The notes under the pieces: generated by a model
The model's input: the letters and a program-made list of their open reading frames with translations, nothing else
The model's database searches: none
Told to the model about the DNA's origin: nothing
Part shown: one piece after another, positions 53,857 through 64,000 of the stretch
Layout of the letters: every line of letters starts with the position of its first letter
How positions within the stretch are numbered: the stretch's first letter is position 1
Source: Puniceicoccaceae bacterium
GTDB lineage: Bacteria; Verrucomicrobiota; Verrucomicrobiia; Opitutales; Oceanipulchritudinaceae
Assembly: GCA_040830765.1 (NCBI GenBank)
Contig: JBFOMH010000009.1
Coordinates: 32,001 to 96,000 of the forward strand
Reading direction: 5' to 3'
DNA: 64,000 bases
Translations under genes and position numbers: made by a program

Positions 53857-53932
53857 GTGCCTGCGCGCCGGGTGCCACAATTTCAAAACCTCTTTATTCA
53901 CTTAACCATCAACATTTTAGCGATTACGCTTC

Positions 53933-55024
53933 ATGGAAACAACCACCGTCAGGATAGGAAACAAGGAATTCATACTCGACAAGCGGAAGGCTGAAGAGGC
54001 CTTCGACTCCAAGAGAGTCATCAATGGCAAGGATACGATGTTCTTCAACATCCTCCCCTTGAAGTACCAGTGGGCCTACGACACCTACAAGACCATGAAG
54101 GCCAACCATTGGGAACCTGAAGATGTCCCCATGCAAAAGGATGTTGAGCAATGGCGCGACACCACGGGTTCCATCACCGACATCGACCGCTGGATTATCA
54201 AGATGGCGATTGGTTACTTCAGCGCGGCTGAAGGCATTGTTGGAGACAACATCCTTCATGTGACCCGCGAGGTTGTCACCGCACCGGAATTGAAACTCGT
54301 CCTCGGCCGCCATGCCCATGAGGAAAATATTCACGCCGACAGCCTGGTCTACATGATCAGTTCCCTTGGCCTCAATCCCCACGAATGTGAGGCCATGTTC
54401 GAGGACGTTCCCACCATCAAGGCCAAGAACTCCCTCGTCGTGAACAACAGCCGGGCCTTACGGCGCGACATCGACCTAACCGAGACGCGCAACAAACAGG
54501 ATCTTGCCAAGAACATGTTCCTCTTCGGCCAGTGCATGGAGGGGACCCAGTTCTATGGATTGTTCGGGATGGTCCTCAGCTTGTACCGCCAGAACAAGTT
54601 CCCAGGTATCGGCCAAATGTTCCGCTACACCCTGCGTGACGAATCCAATCACATTTCCGTCTTCAAGAATCTCCTCCTTGATCTCGTCGATGAGAACCCC
54701 GACATCTGGACTCCCGCGTTCAAGGAAGAGTTGACGGAACTGATGAAGGAAGCTGTCCGACTGGAAAAGGCCTTCATCGAAGATTGCCTCCCGGTCAACG
54801 CCCTTGGTCTCAGCGCCGAGGAGTTCACCACCTACATCGACTACATTGCTGACCGTCGCCTCGAAAGCGTTGGGTTGGCTCCCCTCAATCCCGGCATCAA
54901 GAACCCGCTCCCATGGCTGGCCGAAATGATGGACATCAAGAAGGAGCAGAACTTCTTCGAAGGCCGGGTCACCGAGTACCAGAAAGCCAGCGCGCTGGGC
55001 GTCGTCGATGACGATGAGCTTTGA
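53933..55024 (+). CDS. nrdB: Class I ribonucleotide reductase beta subunit with class Ic (R2c) signature
   Basis: NHW.P, FSAAEG, EENIHADSL, EG.QFY..F, RDESNH and NFFE.RV.EY motifs. Confidence 0.95.
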   Translation: METTTVRIGNKEFILDKRKAEEAFDSKRVINGKDTMFFNILPLKYQWAYDTYKTMKANHWEPEDVPMQKDVEQWRDTTGSITDIDRWIIKMAIGYFSAAEGIVGDNILHVTREVVTAPELKLVLGRHAHEENIHADSLVYMISSLGLNPHECEAMFEDVPTIKAKNSLVVNNSRALRRDIDLTETRNKQDLAKNMFLFGQCMEGTQFYGLFGMVLSLYRQNKFPGIGQMFRYTLRDESNHISVFKNLLLDLVDENPDIWTPAFKEELTELMKEAVRLEKAFIEDCLPVNALGLSAEEFTTYIDYIADRRLESVGLAPLNPGIKNPLPWLAEMMDIKKEQNFFEGRVTEYQKASALGVVDDDEL

Positions 55025-55051
55025 GCCCGGACCTGCTCTGATTCAATTTCA

Positions 55052-55084
55052 GGCGCGGGTCCCCGGGAGGGTCCGCGCTTTTTT
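55052..55084 (+). terminator. Terminator-like hairpin between nrdB and nrdA
   Basis: GCGCGGGTCC...GGGTCCGCGC followed by TTTTTT. Confidence 0.7.
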
Positions 55085-55145
55085 ATCTCCTCCCATCCTC
55101 CCCACTTGAAAACAACCCGGTAAAACAACAAGGAACCAGCATCAC

Positions 55146-58100
55146 ATGATCAAACATCCAGCGTACGAAGAAGATCTCGCTCTCAAGCGCTTTGCCCTTT
55201 CCGACAACCAGACCAAGCCCCGATTCGACTGGCGGGGCATCGTCAAGGATGACTCCCTCTTTCCGGCCGACATGATCCCTTCCACCGTCAAGGTCAAGGA
55301 AGGGGAAAACGTGGCTGACTTTGACCTCGCCGAGGTTGCCGAAACCGTTGGCACCGCCCTGACCAACCTGATCCTCTCCCGCGATGAGGAGGAAACCGAC
55401 ATCTTCAACGACAAGAACTGCCAGTTTGTCGCTGCCGTCGCGACCACGGTCGCCACCCGGCTTGGGCAACTGGCCAAGGAAGGCAAGCCGCTGACCCTGA
55501 GCGAATCCGAGGTCTACCTCCTGGTCGAGAAGACCCTTATCGAGAACAACGCCCCGGACGTCGCCAAGAGCCTCCTTCTCCTGCGCAATTCCTCTCGCGA
55601 TACCATCCGTCCGGCCAAACTGGATGTCTCGGTCATCCGCCGTAACAACAAGGTTGTCCAGTGGGATTCGACCAAGGTGGAAGTTGCCGTCCGCAAGGCT
55701 TTCCTGACCTTGGGACTCGATTCCGAGCCAGCCGTCAAGGTGACGGAAGCCGTCGGGGACCAGATCCATGCCCAGCACATGACCCGGATCCACATCGAGG
55801 AAATCCAGGACATCGTACAGGAGGAACTGATGCGCCTGGGCCACTTCAAGGTGGCAGAGGCTTATATCCTCTACCGGGCCCACCGGCGCCATCTCCGCGA
55901 GGAGGAACTGGGCAAGCCGGCCGAGGATGATCGTCAGGAAAGCATGATCATGATCACCCTTCCCGATGGAACCAACGAGTTCTGGGATGGGATTGACCTT
56001 AAGAAGCGGGTTGAGTTCGCCATGATTGGACTGGACCTCTGCCTCAGCAAGGACGAGATCGAGGCCGAGTTGCGCCGCTCCCTCTACAGCGAAATGAAGC
56101 AGGAGGACCTCAAGCAGACCATCATCCTCAACGCCAAGAGCCTTATCGAGTATGATGCCGACTTCTCCAAGTTTGCCGGGCGGATCCTGCTCAGTTACAT
56201 TTACGAGGAAGTCCTCGACTGGAGCATTGTCCAGGATGGCATCGGCAAACTCAAGGAAGCCCACCAGAAGGCATTCCGCCGCTACCTCCACCGGGGCATT
56301 GAAATTGACCGTCTCAATCCAGCTATTCTCGAGCGCTACGACGTGACCAAGCTGGCCCTGGCCCTCGATCCGGGCGCGGACATGGACTTCGACTACCTTG
56401 GCATCCAGACGCTTTATGACCGTTACCTCATCGTCGACAAGATGAAGAAGCCGACCCGCCGACTGGAGGTCCCCCAGTTCTTCTGGATGCGCGTTGCTAT
56501 GGGTATCTTCATTGCTGAGCGGGAAGAACCGGAAGAGTGGGTCATCCAGCTGTACAGCATGTACAAAAGCCGCCGCTTCTGCAGCAGCACGCCTACCCTG
56601 TTCAATTCCGGCACCCTGCACAGCCAGCTCTCCAGTTGTTACCTCTACCGGGTCAGCGATTCCATCGAGAGCATCATGCAACGCGGCATTGCCGAAAACG
56701 CCTACCTCTCGAAGTGGGCCGGCGGCCTCGGTGGTTCATGGACATCCGTGCGCGGTACCGGTTCCTACATCAAGGGAACCAACGGGGAAAGCCAGGGTGT
56801 CATTCCGTTCCTCAAGTTGCATAACGACCAGTTGGTGGCAGTCAACCAGGGCGGCAAGCGTCGGGGATCCGGCTGTGCCTATCTCGAGACCTGGCACAAC
56901 GATATTCTCGACTTCCTCGAACTGCGCAAGAACACCGGGGATGACCGCCGCCGGACTCATGACATGAACACTGCCAACTGGATCCCGGACTTGTTCATGA
57001 AACGGATGGAAGGTCGTCAGGAGTGGACCCTGTTCCGCTCCAACGAGGTGCCGGACCTCCATGACCTCTACGGCAAGGCCTTCGAGGAAAAATATGAGCA
57101 CTACGAGCAGCTGGCCGAGGAAGGCAAAATCTGGGGCCAGAAGATGCCCGCCATCGACCTCTGGAAGCAGATGCTGAAGATGCTCTTTGAGACCGGTCAC
57201 CCCTGGATCACATTCAAGGACACCTGCAATCTGCGCAGCCCGCAGGACCATGCCGGCGTCATCCACAGTTCCAATCTCTGCACGGAGATCACCCTCAACA
57301 CGGGTGAGGATGAAACCGCGGTCTGTAACCTGGGTTCCGTGGTCTTGGAAAACCATATCGCCGACGATGGCTCTATCGACCACAAGAAGCTTCGTGAAAC
57401 CATCCGGATTGCTATCCGGGCCCTCGACAACGTCATCGACATCAACTTCTATCCGACCCAGGCAGCCAAGAATGCCAATCAGCGACACCGTCCCATCGGC
57501 ATGGGCGTCATGGGGCTGCAGAACGCGCTCTTCAGGCTCGGACACAGCTTCGCCAGTGAGGAAGCCGTTGAATTCAACGACACCTTCATGGAAGCGATTT
57601 CCTACTATGCCTATGAAGCCTCCAGCGATCTTGCCGGTGAACGGGGAACCTACAGCAGCTACAAGGGCTCGAAGTGGGACCGCGGTCTCCTCCCGCAAGA
57701 TACCATCGATCTCCTCGAAAAGGAACGCGGCACGGAACTCGAAGTGGTCCGTGAGGCCAAGATGGACTGGCAACCGGTGCGGGACAAAATCGCCCGTCAG
57801 GGAATGCGCAATTCCAACGTTCTCGCCATCGCCCCTACAGCGACCATCTCCAACATCATGGGCTCCAGCCCCTGTATCGAGCCGACTTACAAGAACATCT
57901 TCGTCAAGTCGAACCTGTCCGGTGAATTCATTGTCCTTAATGCCTACCTTGTCCGCGAGCTGAAGCAGCGGAACATGTGGGACGATGACATCCGCGACCA
58001 GTTGAAGTACTTTGATGGTGACTTGAGTAAGATTGAGGCCATTCCGGAGGACATCCGGCAGAAGTACCTGACCGCCTTCGATATCGACTACACCTGGATC

Positions 58101-58388
58101 GTCAAGGCGGCCTCCCGCCGCCAGAAGTGGATCGACCAGGCCCAGTCGGTCAACCTATGGCTCCCCAATCCGGACCTGAAAACCCTTTCCCATATGTACC
58201 GCAGCGCGTGGCATATGGGCCTGAAAACGACGTATTACCTCCGCACCCTTGGTGCCTCCAATATCGAGAAAGCCACGGTCTCCATCAAACAGGAAGCCAA
58301 TGAGCGCAAGACCTATACGGAGGCTGAAAAACAGGCCTGCTCGATTGAAGCCATGATGCGCGGAGAGGAATGTGAAGCCTGCCAGTAA
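55146..58388 (+). CDS. nrdA: Class I ribonucleotide reductase alpha subunit with multiple N-terminal ATP cones
   Basis: STPTLFN, LSSCY, SNLCTE, VCNLGS, IAPTA, TYYLR and C-terminal CEACQ motifs. Confidence 0.97.
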   Translation: MIKHPAYEEDLALKRFALSDNQTKPRFDWRGIVKDDSLFPADMIPSTVKVKEGENVADFDLAEVAETVGTALTNLILSRDEEETDIFNDKNCQFVAAVATTVATRLGQLAKEGKPLTLSESEVYLLVEKTLIENNAPDVAKSLLLLRNSSRDTIRPAKLDVSVIRRNNKVVQWDSTKVEVAVRKAFLTLGLDSEPAVKVTEAVGDQIHAQHMTRIHIEEIQDIVQEELMRLGHFKVAEAYILYRAHRRHLREEELGKPAEDDRQESMIMITLPDGTNEFWDGIDLKKRVEFAMIGLDLCLSKDEIEAELRRSLYSEMKQEDLKQTIILNAKSLIEYDADFSKFAGRILLSYIYEEVLDWSIVQDGIGKLKEAHQKAFRRYLHRGIEIDRLNPAILERYDVTKLALALDPGADMDFDYLGIQTLYDRYLIVDKMKKPTRRLEVPQFFWMRVAMGIFIAEREEPEEWVIQLYSMYKSRRFCSSTPTLFNSGTLHSQLSSCYLYRVSDSIESIMQRGIAENAYLSKWAGGLGGSWTSVRGTGSYIKGTNGESQGVIPFLKLHNDQLVAVNQGGKRRGSGCAYLETWHNDILDFLELRKNTGDDRRRTHDMNTANWIPDLFMKRMEGRQEWTLFRSNEVPDLHDLYGKAFEEKYEHYEQLAEEGKIWGQKMPAIDLWKQMLKMLFETGHPWITFKDTCNLRSPQDHAGVIHSSNLCTEITLNTGEDETAVCNLGSVVLENHIADDGSIDHKKLRETIRIAIRALDNVIDINFYPTQAAKNANQRHRPIGMGVMGLQNALFRLGHSFASEEAVEFNDTFMEAISYYAYEASSDLAGERGTYSSYKGSKWDRGLLPQDTIDLLEKERGTELEVVREAKMDWQPVRDKIARQGMRNSNVLAIAPTATISNIMGSSPCIEPTYKNIFVKSNLSGEFIVLNAYLVRELKQRNMWDDDIRDQLKYFDGDLSKIEAIPEDIRQKYLTAFDIDYTWIVKAASRRQKWIDQAQSVNLWLPNPDLKTLSHMYRSAWHMGLKTTYYLRTLGASNIEKATVSIKQEANERKTYTEAEKQACSIEAMMRGEECEACQ

Positions 58389-58415
58389 AGGCTGAACACG
58401 TCCTGCCCCTCTACG

Positions 58416-58449
58416 AAAAGTCCCGCAGCCTGGAGGTTGCGGGACTTTT
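58416..58449. terminator. Bidirectional terminator between nrdA and argG
   Basis: AAAAGTCCCGCAGCC-tgga-GGTTGCGGGACTTTT. Confidence 0.88.
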
Positions 58450-58470
58450 CTATTTTAACTAGAAAGCTGT

Positions 58471-59724
58471 TTACTCGCGGTTGAGTTCCGGTTCCGGCCC
58501 GGCATCGGGTGCCCCCTGGGCCTTCGCCCGGGCCCGCAAACGCAAGCCCTGCAGCCGAATGAATCCACTCGCATCGTCCGGATTGTAGTCACTCATGACA
58601 CCTTCCATGGAGGCGATATTTTCATCGTAAAGGGAATAAGGCGACTTGCGGCCAACGGTGGTAATGTTGCCCTTGTAGAGCTTGAGGCGGATCGTTCCAG
58701 TAACCTTCTCCTGACTCTTGTCGAAGAAGGCCTGCAAGGCTTCGCGCTCCGGAGCATACCAGAATCCGTTGTAGATCAGTTCCCCGTACTTCGGAATCAA
58801 GCTGTCGCGCAAATGCTCCAGATCCCGGTCCAAGGTCAGGGTTTCCATCTGCTTGCGGGCATGCAGCAGGATGGTCCCGCCCGGGGTCTCATAGACGCCA
58901 CGGCTCTTCATCCCGACAAAGCGATTTTCCACGATATCCACCCGCCCGATGCCATGCTTGCCAGCCAGGGCGTTCAGTTCCTTAAAAGCGCTGCCTGGAC
59001 TCAACTTTGTTCCATTGACGGCAACACAATCGCCGGACTCGAATTCCAATTCGACATACTCCGGCTCTTCCGGTGCATCCATCGGGTCAGCCGTCAGCTT
59101 GAACATGTCCTTGTTCTCGTCAGTCGTCGGGTCGAACCAGGGATCCTCCAGGATACCTGCCTCATAGGAAATATGGAGCAGGTTGCGGTCCATTGAGTAG
59201 GGTTTGCTGGCTGAAGCCTCGACATCGATGTTCTGTTCCTGGCAGTAGGCGATCATCTCTGAGCGACCAGGGAACTGCTTGCGGAACTCCGGCATGCGCC
59301 AGGGGGAAATGATCTGCAGGTCCGGCGCAAGGGCGGCATAGGTCAGCTCAAAGCGAACCTGGTCGTTGCCCTTCCCAGTGGCCCCGTGGGCGACGGCATC
59401 CGCCCCTTCCTTGCGGGCGATGGCAATCTGCGCCTTGGCAATGAGGGGACGGGCAATGGACGTCCCGAGGTAATACTGATTCTCGTAAAGGGCGTTGCCG
59501 CGCATCATCGGATAGATGAAATCGCGGGCAAATTCCTCCACTAGATCGACCGTGTAGTGGGCACTGGCGCCCGTGGCCTTGGCCTTTTCGGCGAGGCCGT
59601 CCAGTTCCTCCTCCTGCCCGACATCAGCCGCAAAGGTGATGATCTCGGCGTTGAAGTGGTTCTTCAGCCAGTTGACGAGTACGGAGGTATCGAGACCGCC
59701 GGAGTATGCCAGAACTATTTTCAT
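58471..59724 (-). CDS. argG: Argininosuccinate synthase
   Basis: [23 protein letters not shown] and [10 protein letters not shown] motifs. Confidence 0.98.
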   Translation of the reverse strand: MKIVLAYSGGLDTSVLVNWLKNHFNAEIITFAADVGQEEELDGLAEKAKATGASAHYTVDLVEEFARDFIYPMMRGNALYENQYYLGTSIARPLIAKAQIAIARKEGADAVAHGATGKGNDQVRFELTYAALAPDLQIISPWRMPEFRKQFPGRSEMIAYCQEQNIDVEASASKPYSMDRNLLHISYEAGILEDPWFDPTTDENKDMFKLTADPMDAPEEPEYVELEFESGDCVAVNGTKLSPGSAFKELNALAGKHGIGRVDIVENRFVGMKSRGVYETPGGTILLHARKQMETLTLDRDLEHLRDSLIPKYGELIYNGFWYAPEREALQAFFDKSQEKVTGTIRLKLYKGNITTVGRKSPYSLYDENIASMEGVMSDYNPDDASGFIRLQGLRLRARAKAQGAPDAGPEPELNRE

Positions 59725-59738
59725 GATGATAAAAGGAT

Positions 59739-60695
59739 TTAGACGTTCGCGCTGTCAGAAAGGAAGGAAAGAATCGCCTTCTGGGCATGCAAGCGATTTT
59801 CTGCCTGATCGAAGACAATGCTTTGTCCGCTCTGGTAAACTTCAGCGGAAACTTCCTCCCCTTCATGGGCCGGAAGGCAATGCATGAAGAGGGCATCCGG
59901 CTTGGCAGCAGCCATCAAGGTGGTATTTACCTGGTAGGGGGCCAACTCCTGCAGGCGCTGGTCGCGTTCCTCCTCATCGCCCATGCTGACCCAGACATCC
60001 GTGTAGATAACATCGGCTCCGGAAGCAGCATCCATGGGATCAGTTGTGAAACGGTAGGTCTTTTCCAAACCCGCCTGTTCCAACCATTGGTCGACCGCCG
60101 TATCCGGGGTGTAGCCTGCCGGACCTGTGAGAACTACTTCCATGCCGGCCATGGCGCCACCAAGAATAAGGGAATGAGCCATGTTGGAGGCACAGTCGCC
60201 GGCAAAGACCAGCTTGCGGCCTTTTAGGGATTCCAACAATCCACCAACATTCCCCCAGCGCTCGGCCATTGTCAGGAGGTCCGCCACGACCTGGCAGGGA
60301 TGGAGGGCATCCGTCAAAGCATTGACTACCGGGATACCCCCTTCATGGGCAAATTCCTCAATGAAGCTGTGCTCAAACGTCCGGATGATGACACCATGGA
60401 TGTAGCGCGAAAGCACCTTGGCGGTGTCGGCTACGGTCTCACCACGACCGGTCTGCATCCGGTTCTGGTCAAGGATCATCGCATGGCCACCCAGCTCATT
60501 GATGCCAACCTCAAAGGAGACACGGGTCCGGGTTGAGGACTTGTGGAAGAGGAGTGCCCACGTTTGTCCAGCCAGCGGCTTGAAAGAGCCCTGGCCCCGG
60601 GAGGCCTTCAGCTCTGCAGCTAGTTCAAGGGCTTCCCCCAGCTGGGCCGGGGTCATGTCGGTTATCTTAAGAAAATGGGAAAGCTTGTTCATCAT
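59739..60695 (-). CDS. argF: Ornithine carbamoyltransferase
   Basis: SSTRTR, HPCQ, DVWVSMG, HCLP and AENRLH motifs. Confidence 0.97.
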   Translation of the reverse strand: MMNKLSHFLKITDMTPAQLGEALELAAELKASRGQGSFKPLAGQTWALLFHKSSTRTRVSFEVGINELGGHAMILDQNRMQTGRGETVADTAKVLSRYIHGVIIRTFEHSFIEEFAHEGGIPVVNALTDALHPCQVVADLLTMAERWGNVGGLLESLKGRKLVFAGDCASNMAHSLILGGAMAGMEVVLTGPAGYTPDTAVDQWLEQAGLEKTYRFTTDPMDAASGADVIYTDVWVSMGDEEERDQRLQELAPYQVNTTLMAAAKPDALFMHCLPAHEGEEVSAEVYQSGQSIVFDQAENRLHAQKAILSFLSDSANV

Positions 60696-61924
60696 TCAGA
60701 ATGGGTTCCAAAAACAAAATCGAGAATTTCTAGTGAGGTATCGAGTTCCTCCTTACTGACAGTCAGTGGAGGCATCAGGCGAATGGCGTCGGTCCCCCCA
60801 CGCACGGTCAGGAGCCCGTTTTCGCGGAGGCGGTTGACCCATGGCACGGGATCCCCCTTGACCGTCAAGGCCATGTGGTATCCGAGCCCGCGGGTTCCGC
60901 AAAGATGGTCTGGATGGCGCTTCACGAGATCCTTCAAGGCAGAAATCCAAGGTTCGCTGAGATCATTGACCTTCTGCAGCAATTCTTCCTCTTCAATGAC
61001 ATCAAGCGTAGCCAGGGCTGCTGTACAGGCCAGTGGCGTCCCGCCAAAAGTCGTTCCGTGGGAACCCGGCGTGAAGAGGTCCGCAAAGGCCTCACTGACC
61101 CAGCCGGCTCCAATAGGGAATCCCCCGCCGAGGCCCTTGGCCATGCCGATGGCATCGGCCTTGATCCCGGCATGCTCGAAGGCAAAGAACTTTCCGGTCC
61201 GGCCGATGCCGCACTGCACCTCGTCGATGAGAAGGAGGATATCCTTCTCGTCGCAAAGGTCGCGCAGCCCCTTCAGGAAATCTGTAGTGGCAGGATGGAT
61301 ACCGCCTTCACCCTGAATGGACTCAACCATGATCGCAGCTACCGTTTCGTCCACCTGCTCCCGGAAGCTTTCGACATCATTGAACCGCGCATGCCGGAAT
61401 CCATCCAGCAAGGGCCCAAACCCTTCCTGGACTTTCTTCTGGGGGGTCGCGCTCATGCCGCCGTAGGTCCGGCCATGAAACGCGTTCTCCGCCGTGATGA
61501 CCCGGTAGCACTGGCCTTCTTCTCCCCCGGACTTCTTGCGGCCCCACAAACGGGCCAGCTTGATCAGGAACTCGTTGGCCTCCGCCCCGCTGTTGCAGAA
61601 GAAGACCTTCCCCTCCCCTGCTTGCTGGCAGAGCCGCATGGCCAACTCCCCCTGCTGGGGAACATGGAAGAGATTGCTCACATGTGCCAGTTGGGCAGCC
61701 TGATCCTGCACCTTCCCAACCCAGTGAGGATGCGAATGGCCGACCGCGGTCACCGCAATACCACTCAGGAAATCCAGATAGCGTCGGTTCTCGGCATCCC
61801 AGACAAAACTCCCCTCGCCCCGGACCAAGGTCATGGGTGCTGGGCCATAGTTCTTCAGGACGTGAGCATCATAGAGGGCCGCAACCTTCTTCGATGTCAC
61901 CTTACTCGCTGTTCTTGATGGCAT
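60692..61924 (-). CDS. argD: Acetylornithine aminotransferase
   Basis: NSGAEAN, FHGRT, IQGEGG, DEVQCG.GRTG, AKGLGGG and HGTTFGG motifs; arg operon context. Confidence 0.93.
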   Translation of the reverse strand: MPSRTASKVTSKKVAALYDAHVLKNYGPAPMTLVRGEGSFVWDAENRRYLDFLSGIAVTAVGHSHPHWVGKVQDQAAQLAHVSNLFHVPQQGELAMRLCQQAGEGKVFFCNSGAEANEFLIKLARLWGRKKSGGEEGQCYRVITAENAFHGRTYGGMSATPQKKVQEGFGPLLDGFRHARFNDVESFREQVDETVAAIMVESIQGEGGIHPATTDFLKGLRDLCDEKDILLLIDEVQCGIGRTGKFFAFEHAGIKADAIGMAKGLGGGFPIGAGWVSEAFADLFTPGSHGTTFGGTPLACTAALATLDVIEEEELLQKVNDLSEPWISALKDLVKRHPDHLCGTRGLGYHMALTVKGDPVPWVNRLRENGLLTVRGGTDAIRLMPPLTVSKEELDTSLEILDFVFGTHSE

Positions 61925-61938
61925 GGCTATCTGTTGGA

Positions 61939-62823
61939 TTATTTCACGGCGTGGACAATTTCCGTACCCACACCCTTGTCAGTAAAGATTTCCAGGAGAA
62001 TGCTATGGGGCATCCTTCCGTCGATAAGGTGAACCCGGTGAACACCACGGCTCATTGCATTGACCGCGCTTTCCACCTTGGGCAGCATCCCGGATCCAAT
62101 AATGCCCGCGTCCCGCAAACCGGGAACCTCCGCTTCAGAAACACTGGAAATCAAGGTTTCCGGATCCTTGGGGTCCCGCAAAAGGCCGGGTACATCACAG
62201 AGGTAGACCAGGCGCCGAGCGCCAATGGCGGAAGCCAGATGTGCCGCGGCCACATCGGCGTTAACGTTGTAGAACTGGCCCTTCTTGTCCTGGGCCACCG
62301 GTGACACAATCGGAGTGTAGCTTTGTTCGAGGTACTTCAGGAGCCGTCCTGTTTCTACACTGGTGATGTCACCAACAAAGCCGAGATCAACGGGATTGCC
62401 ATCCCGGTCCGTTTCAAGGCGCTGACACCGGAACACATCCTGGCCTTTGACGCCGATGGGTTTTCCCCTGCGGGTCTGGATGTTTTCACAGATACCCAGA
62501 TTGATGCCCTCGTTCAGGGTCCGCTCGACAATGCCGATGGTCTTCTCGTCGGTGTAGCGCAGCCCGTTCTTCCAGACCGGTTCTATGTCAGCTTCCGCCA
62601 TCGCCTTGTTGATCGCCGGACCACCTCCATGGACCACGATGACGTGTATCCCGACAGTCGCGAGAAAGACAAGGTCGGTTGCCACACCCACCCGTGCGGC
62701 CTCGGTATCCATGAAGGACCCACCGAACTTAACCACAAAGATACTCCCCTTGAACTGCTGGAGGTAAGGCAACGCCTCCATCAGCACCTCGGTTTTTGTC
62801 TCAATATCAATATCGACCGGCAT
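61939..62823 (-). CDS. argB: Acetylglutamate kinase
   Basis: VKFGGS, VHGGGP.I, GLR.T, NVNAD and GMLPK motifs. Confidence 0.97.
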   Translation of the reverse strand: MPVDIDIETKTEVLMEALPYLQQFKGSIFVVKFGGSFMDTEAARVGVATDLVFLATVGIHVIVVHGGGPAINKAMAEADIEPVWKNGLRYTDEKTIGIVERTLNEGINLGICENIQTRRGKPIGVKGQDVFRCQRLETDRDGNPVDLGFVGDITSVETGRLLKYLEQSYTPIVSPVAQDKKGQFYNVNADVAAAHLASAIGARRLVYLCDVPGLLRDPKDPETLISSVSEAEVPGLRDAGIIGSGMLPKVESAVNAMSRGVHRVHLIDGRMPHSILLEIFTDKGVGTEIVHAVK

Positions 62824-62825
62824 GA

Positions 62826-63998
62826 TTACTCCGATTTGTTGAAATTAACATATCCCTCAGTGAGGTCCGTCGACCAAACCCGGGAGCTTCCACTGCCCTG
62901 ACCAAGGTTCACCTGGATGCAGAACTTTTTGGCGGCCACGATCGTCTTCCAGTCCTCCAGCCGGTCCTCGTGAATCGTGCCCTTGATAAAAGCAGGCACA
63001 GGGTCACCTTCCAACGGGGCATAATGAATGCTGATAGTGTCCTCCTCCATGGCTGCACCACTGTAGCCCAAGGCGTCCATCAGCCGTCCCCAGTTGGGGT
63101 CGTTGCCGTACCAGGAGGACTTGACGAGAAGGGAATTGGCAATGGCTCGCGCCGCCATTTCCGCTTCGGTATCATTGGCCGCCCCGTCGATGCAAACCTC
63201 CACCACCTTGGTAATTTTTTCGCCGTCCCCGACAATCTTCTGGGCCAGGTCATGGCAGACTGCGGACAGTGCAGCCTTGAAGGAAGACCAATCGGGATGT
63301 CCCGGAGACAGCTTCATCCCGCTGGCTCCATTGGCAAAAACAAGGACGGTGTCATTTGTGCTTTCATCTCCATCAACCGTGACCGCGTTGAAGGTCGCCT
63401 TCACACTTTCCGAAAGGAGACGTTGCAGATCAGCCTGGGCCACCTCGGCATCAGTGCAAATAAAGGCCAGCATGGTGGCCATATTGGGCTCGATCATGCC
63501 GGCCCCCTTGGCCATTCCACCGATGGTCACGGAACCTGACTCGGTTTTCACTTCCACCGTACAGACTTTCCGCCGGGTGTCCGACGTTAGAATGGCATCG
63601 GCTGCCCGGAGGCCGGCCTCGGCCGTATCGTCCAATTTGGCGGCTGCTTCCGCAATACCGCAGACAATCCGCTCCATCGGGAGCCGCTTTCCAATTCGAC
63701 CGGTGGAACAGACAAAAACCTCGTTTGGGCTACAGCCGGCCGCAGTCGCGACCGCTGCCTGCATCAATTGCGCATCCTCCATCCCGTTTTCCCCGGTGCA
63801 GGCATTGGCATTGCCACTGTTGGCGACAAATCCCCGGTAAAGACCCCCTTTCGAGAGCAGGTCCCGACCGAGCCTCACCGGAGCGGCCGCCACCCGGTTG
63901 CGGGTAAAGACTCCGGCTACGGTCGCTGGCTCGTCCGAAATCAGCAAGGCGAGATCCAGCCGTTCGTCCGCCTTGTTCCGGACATCACAATGAACGCC
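62826..63998 (-). CDS. argJ: Glutamate N-acetyltransferase/ornithine acetyltransferase (5' end beyond window)
   Basis: NSGNANA.TG, KGAGMI.PNMATML, DG..STND and DPNWGR motifs; frame is open to the window edge. Confidence 0.97.
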   Translation of the reverse strand, partial: GVHCDVRNKADERLDLALLISDEPATVAGVFTRNRVAAAPVRLGRDLLSKGGLYRGFVANSGNANACTGENGMEDAQLMQAAVATAAGCSPNEVFVCSTGRIGKRLPMERIVCGIAEAAAKLDDTAEAGLRAADAILTSDTRRKVCTVEVKTESGSVTIGGMAKGAGMIEPNMATMLAFICTDAEVAQADLQRLLSESVKATFNAVTVDGDESTNDTVLVFANGASGMKLSPGHPDWSSFKAALSAVCHDLAQKIVGDGEKITKVVEVCIDGAANDTEAEMAARAIANSLLVKSSWYGNDPNWGRLMDALGYSGAAMEEDTISIHYAPLEGDPVPAFIKGTIHEDRLEDWKTIVAAKKFCIQVNLGQGSGSSRVWSTDLTEGYVNFNKSE

Positions 63999-64000
63999 GG

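Noticed and set aside
55083..57773. Long minus-strand ORFs (532 aa and 345 aa)
   Set aside because: Antisense shadows of nrdA. The same applies to the ORFs opposite dnaE, purD, the arg genes and the exoprotein.

Overview
A gene-dense bacterial chromosomal segment of about 58 CDSs. I found no rRNA, tRNA, CRISPR array, transposase, integrase or prophage. The gene content (PEP-CTERM protein plus exosortase, tandem TonB-C protein, Chlamydia-like RNR) suggests a PVC-superphylum organism, probably Verrucomicrobiota/Opitutales; this is inference. Left to right: a partial RND pump; a run of small accessory genes (PhzF, SRPBCC, SDR, DinB, HAD, OM barrel, Nramp, cupins, GNAT); dnaE-exosortase; OM barrel-fabA-fabB; SLC13-Fpg-TPR-ExbB facing TonB; a TonB-dependent receptor with a secreted partner behind Pho-box-like repeats; purD-thyA-folA, folE2, msrB; a DinB-NRDE-DedA/ATP-grasp operon followed by polX; ribBX; metY; a PEP-CTERM gene; NrdR-boxed nrdB-nrdA; and argJBDFG. 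Four leads stand out. (1) A tightly coupled DinB + NRDE(TANGO2) + DedA-ATP-grasp fusion operon with no characterised function I know of. (2) An RNR beta subunit with class Ic (Mn/Fe, tyrosyl-radical-less) signatures and Leu at the radical site, paired with a triple-ATP-cone alpha subunit. (3) A Pho-box-preceded TBDR plus beta-helix exoprotein that carries a Trp/Tyr-rich C-terminal module. (4) A short promoter-to-terminator unit (candidate sRNA) upstream of metY. All family calls come from motif recognition by eye; no database searches were run.
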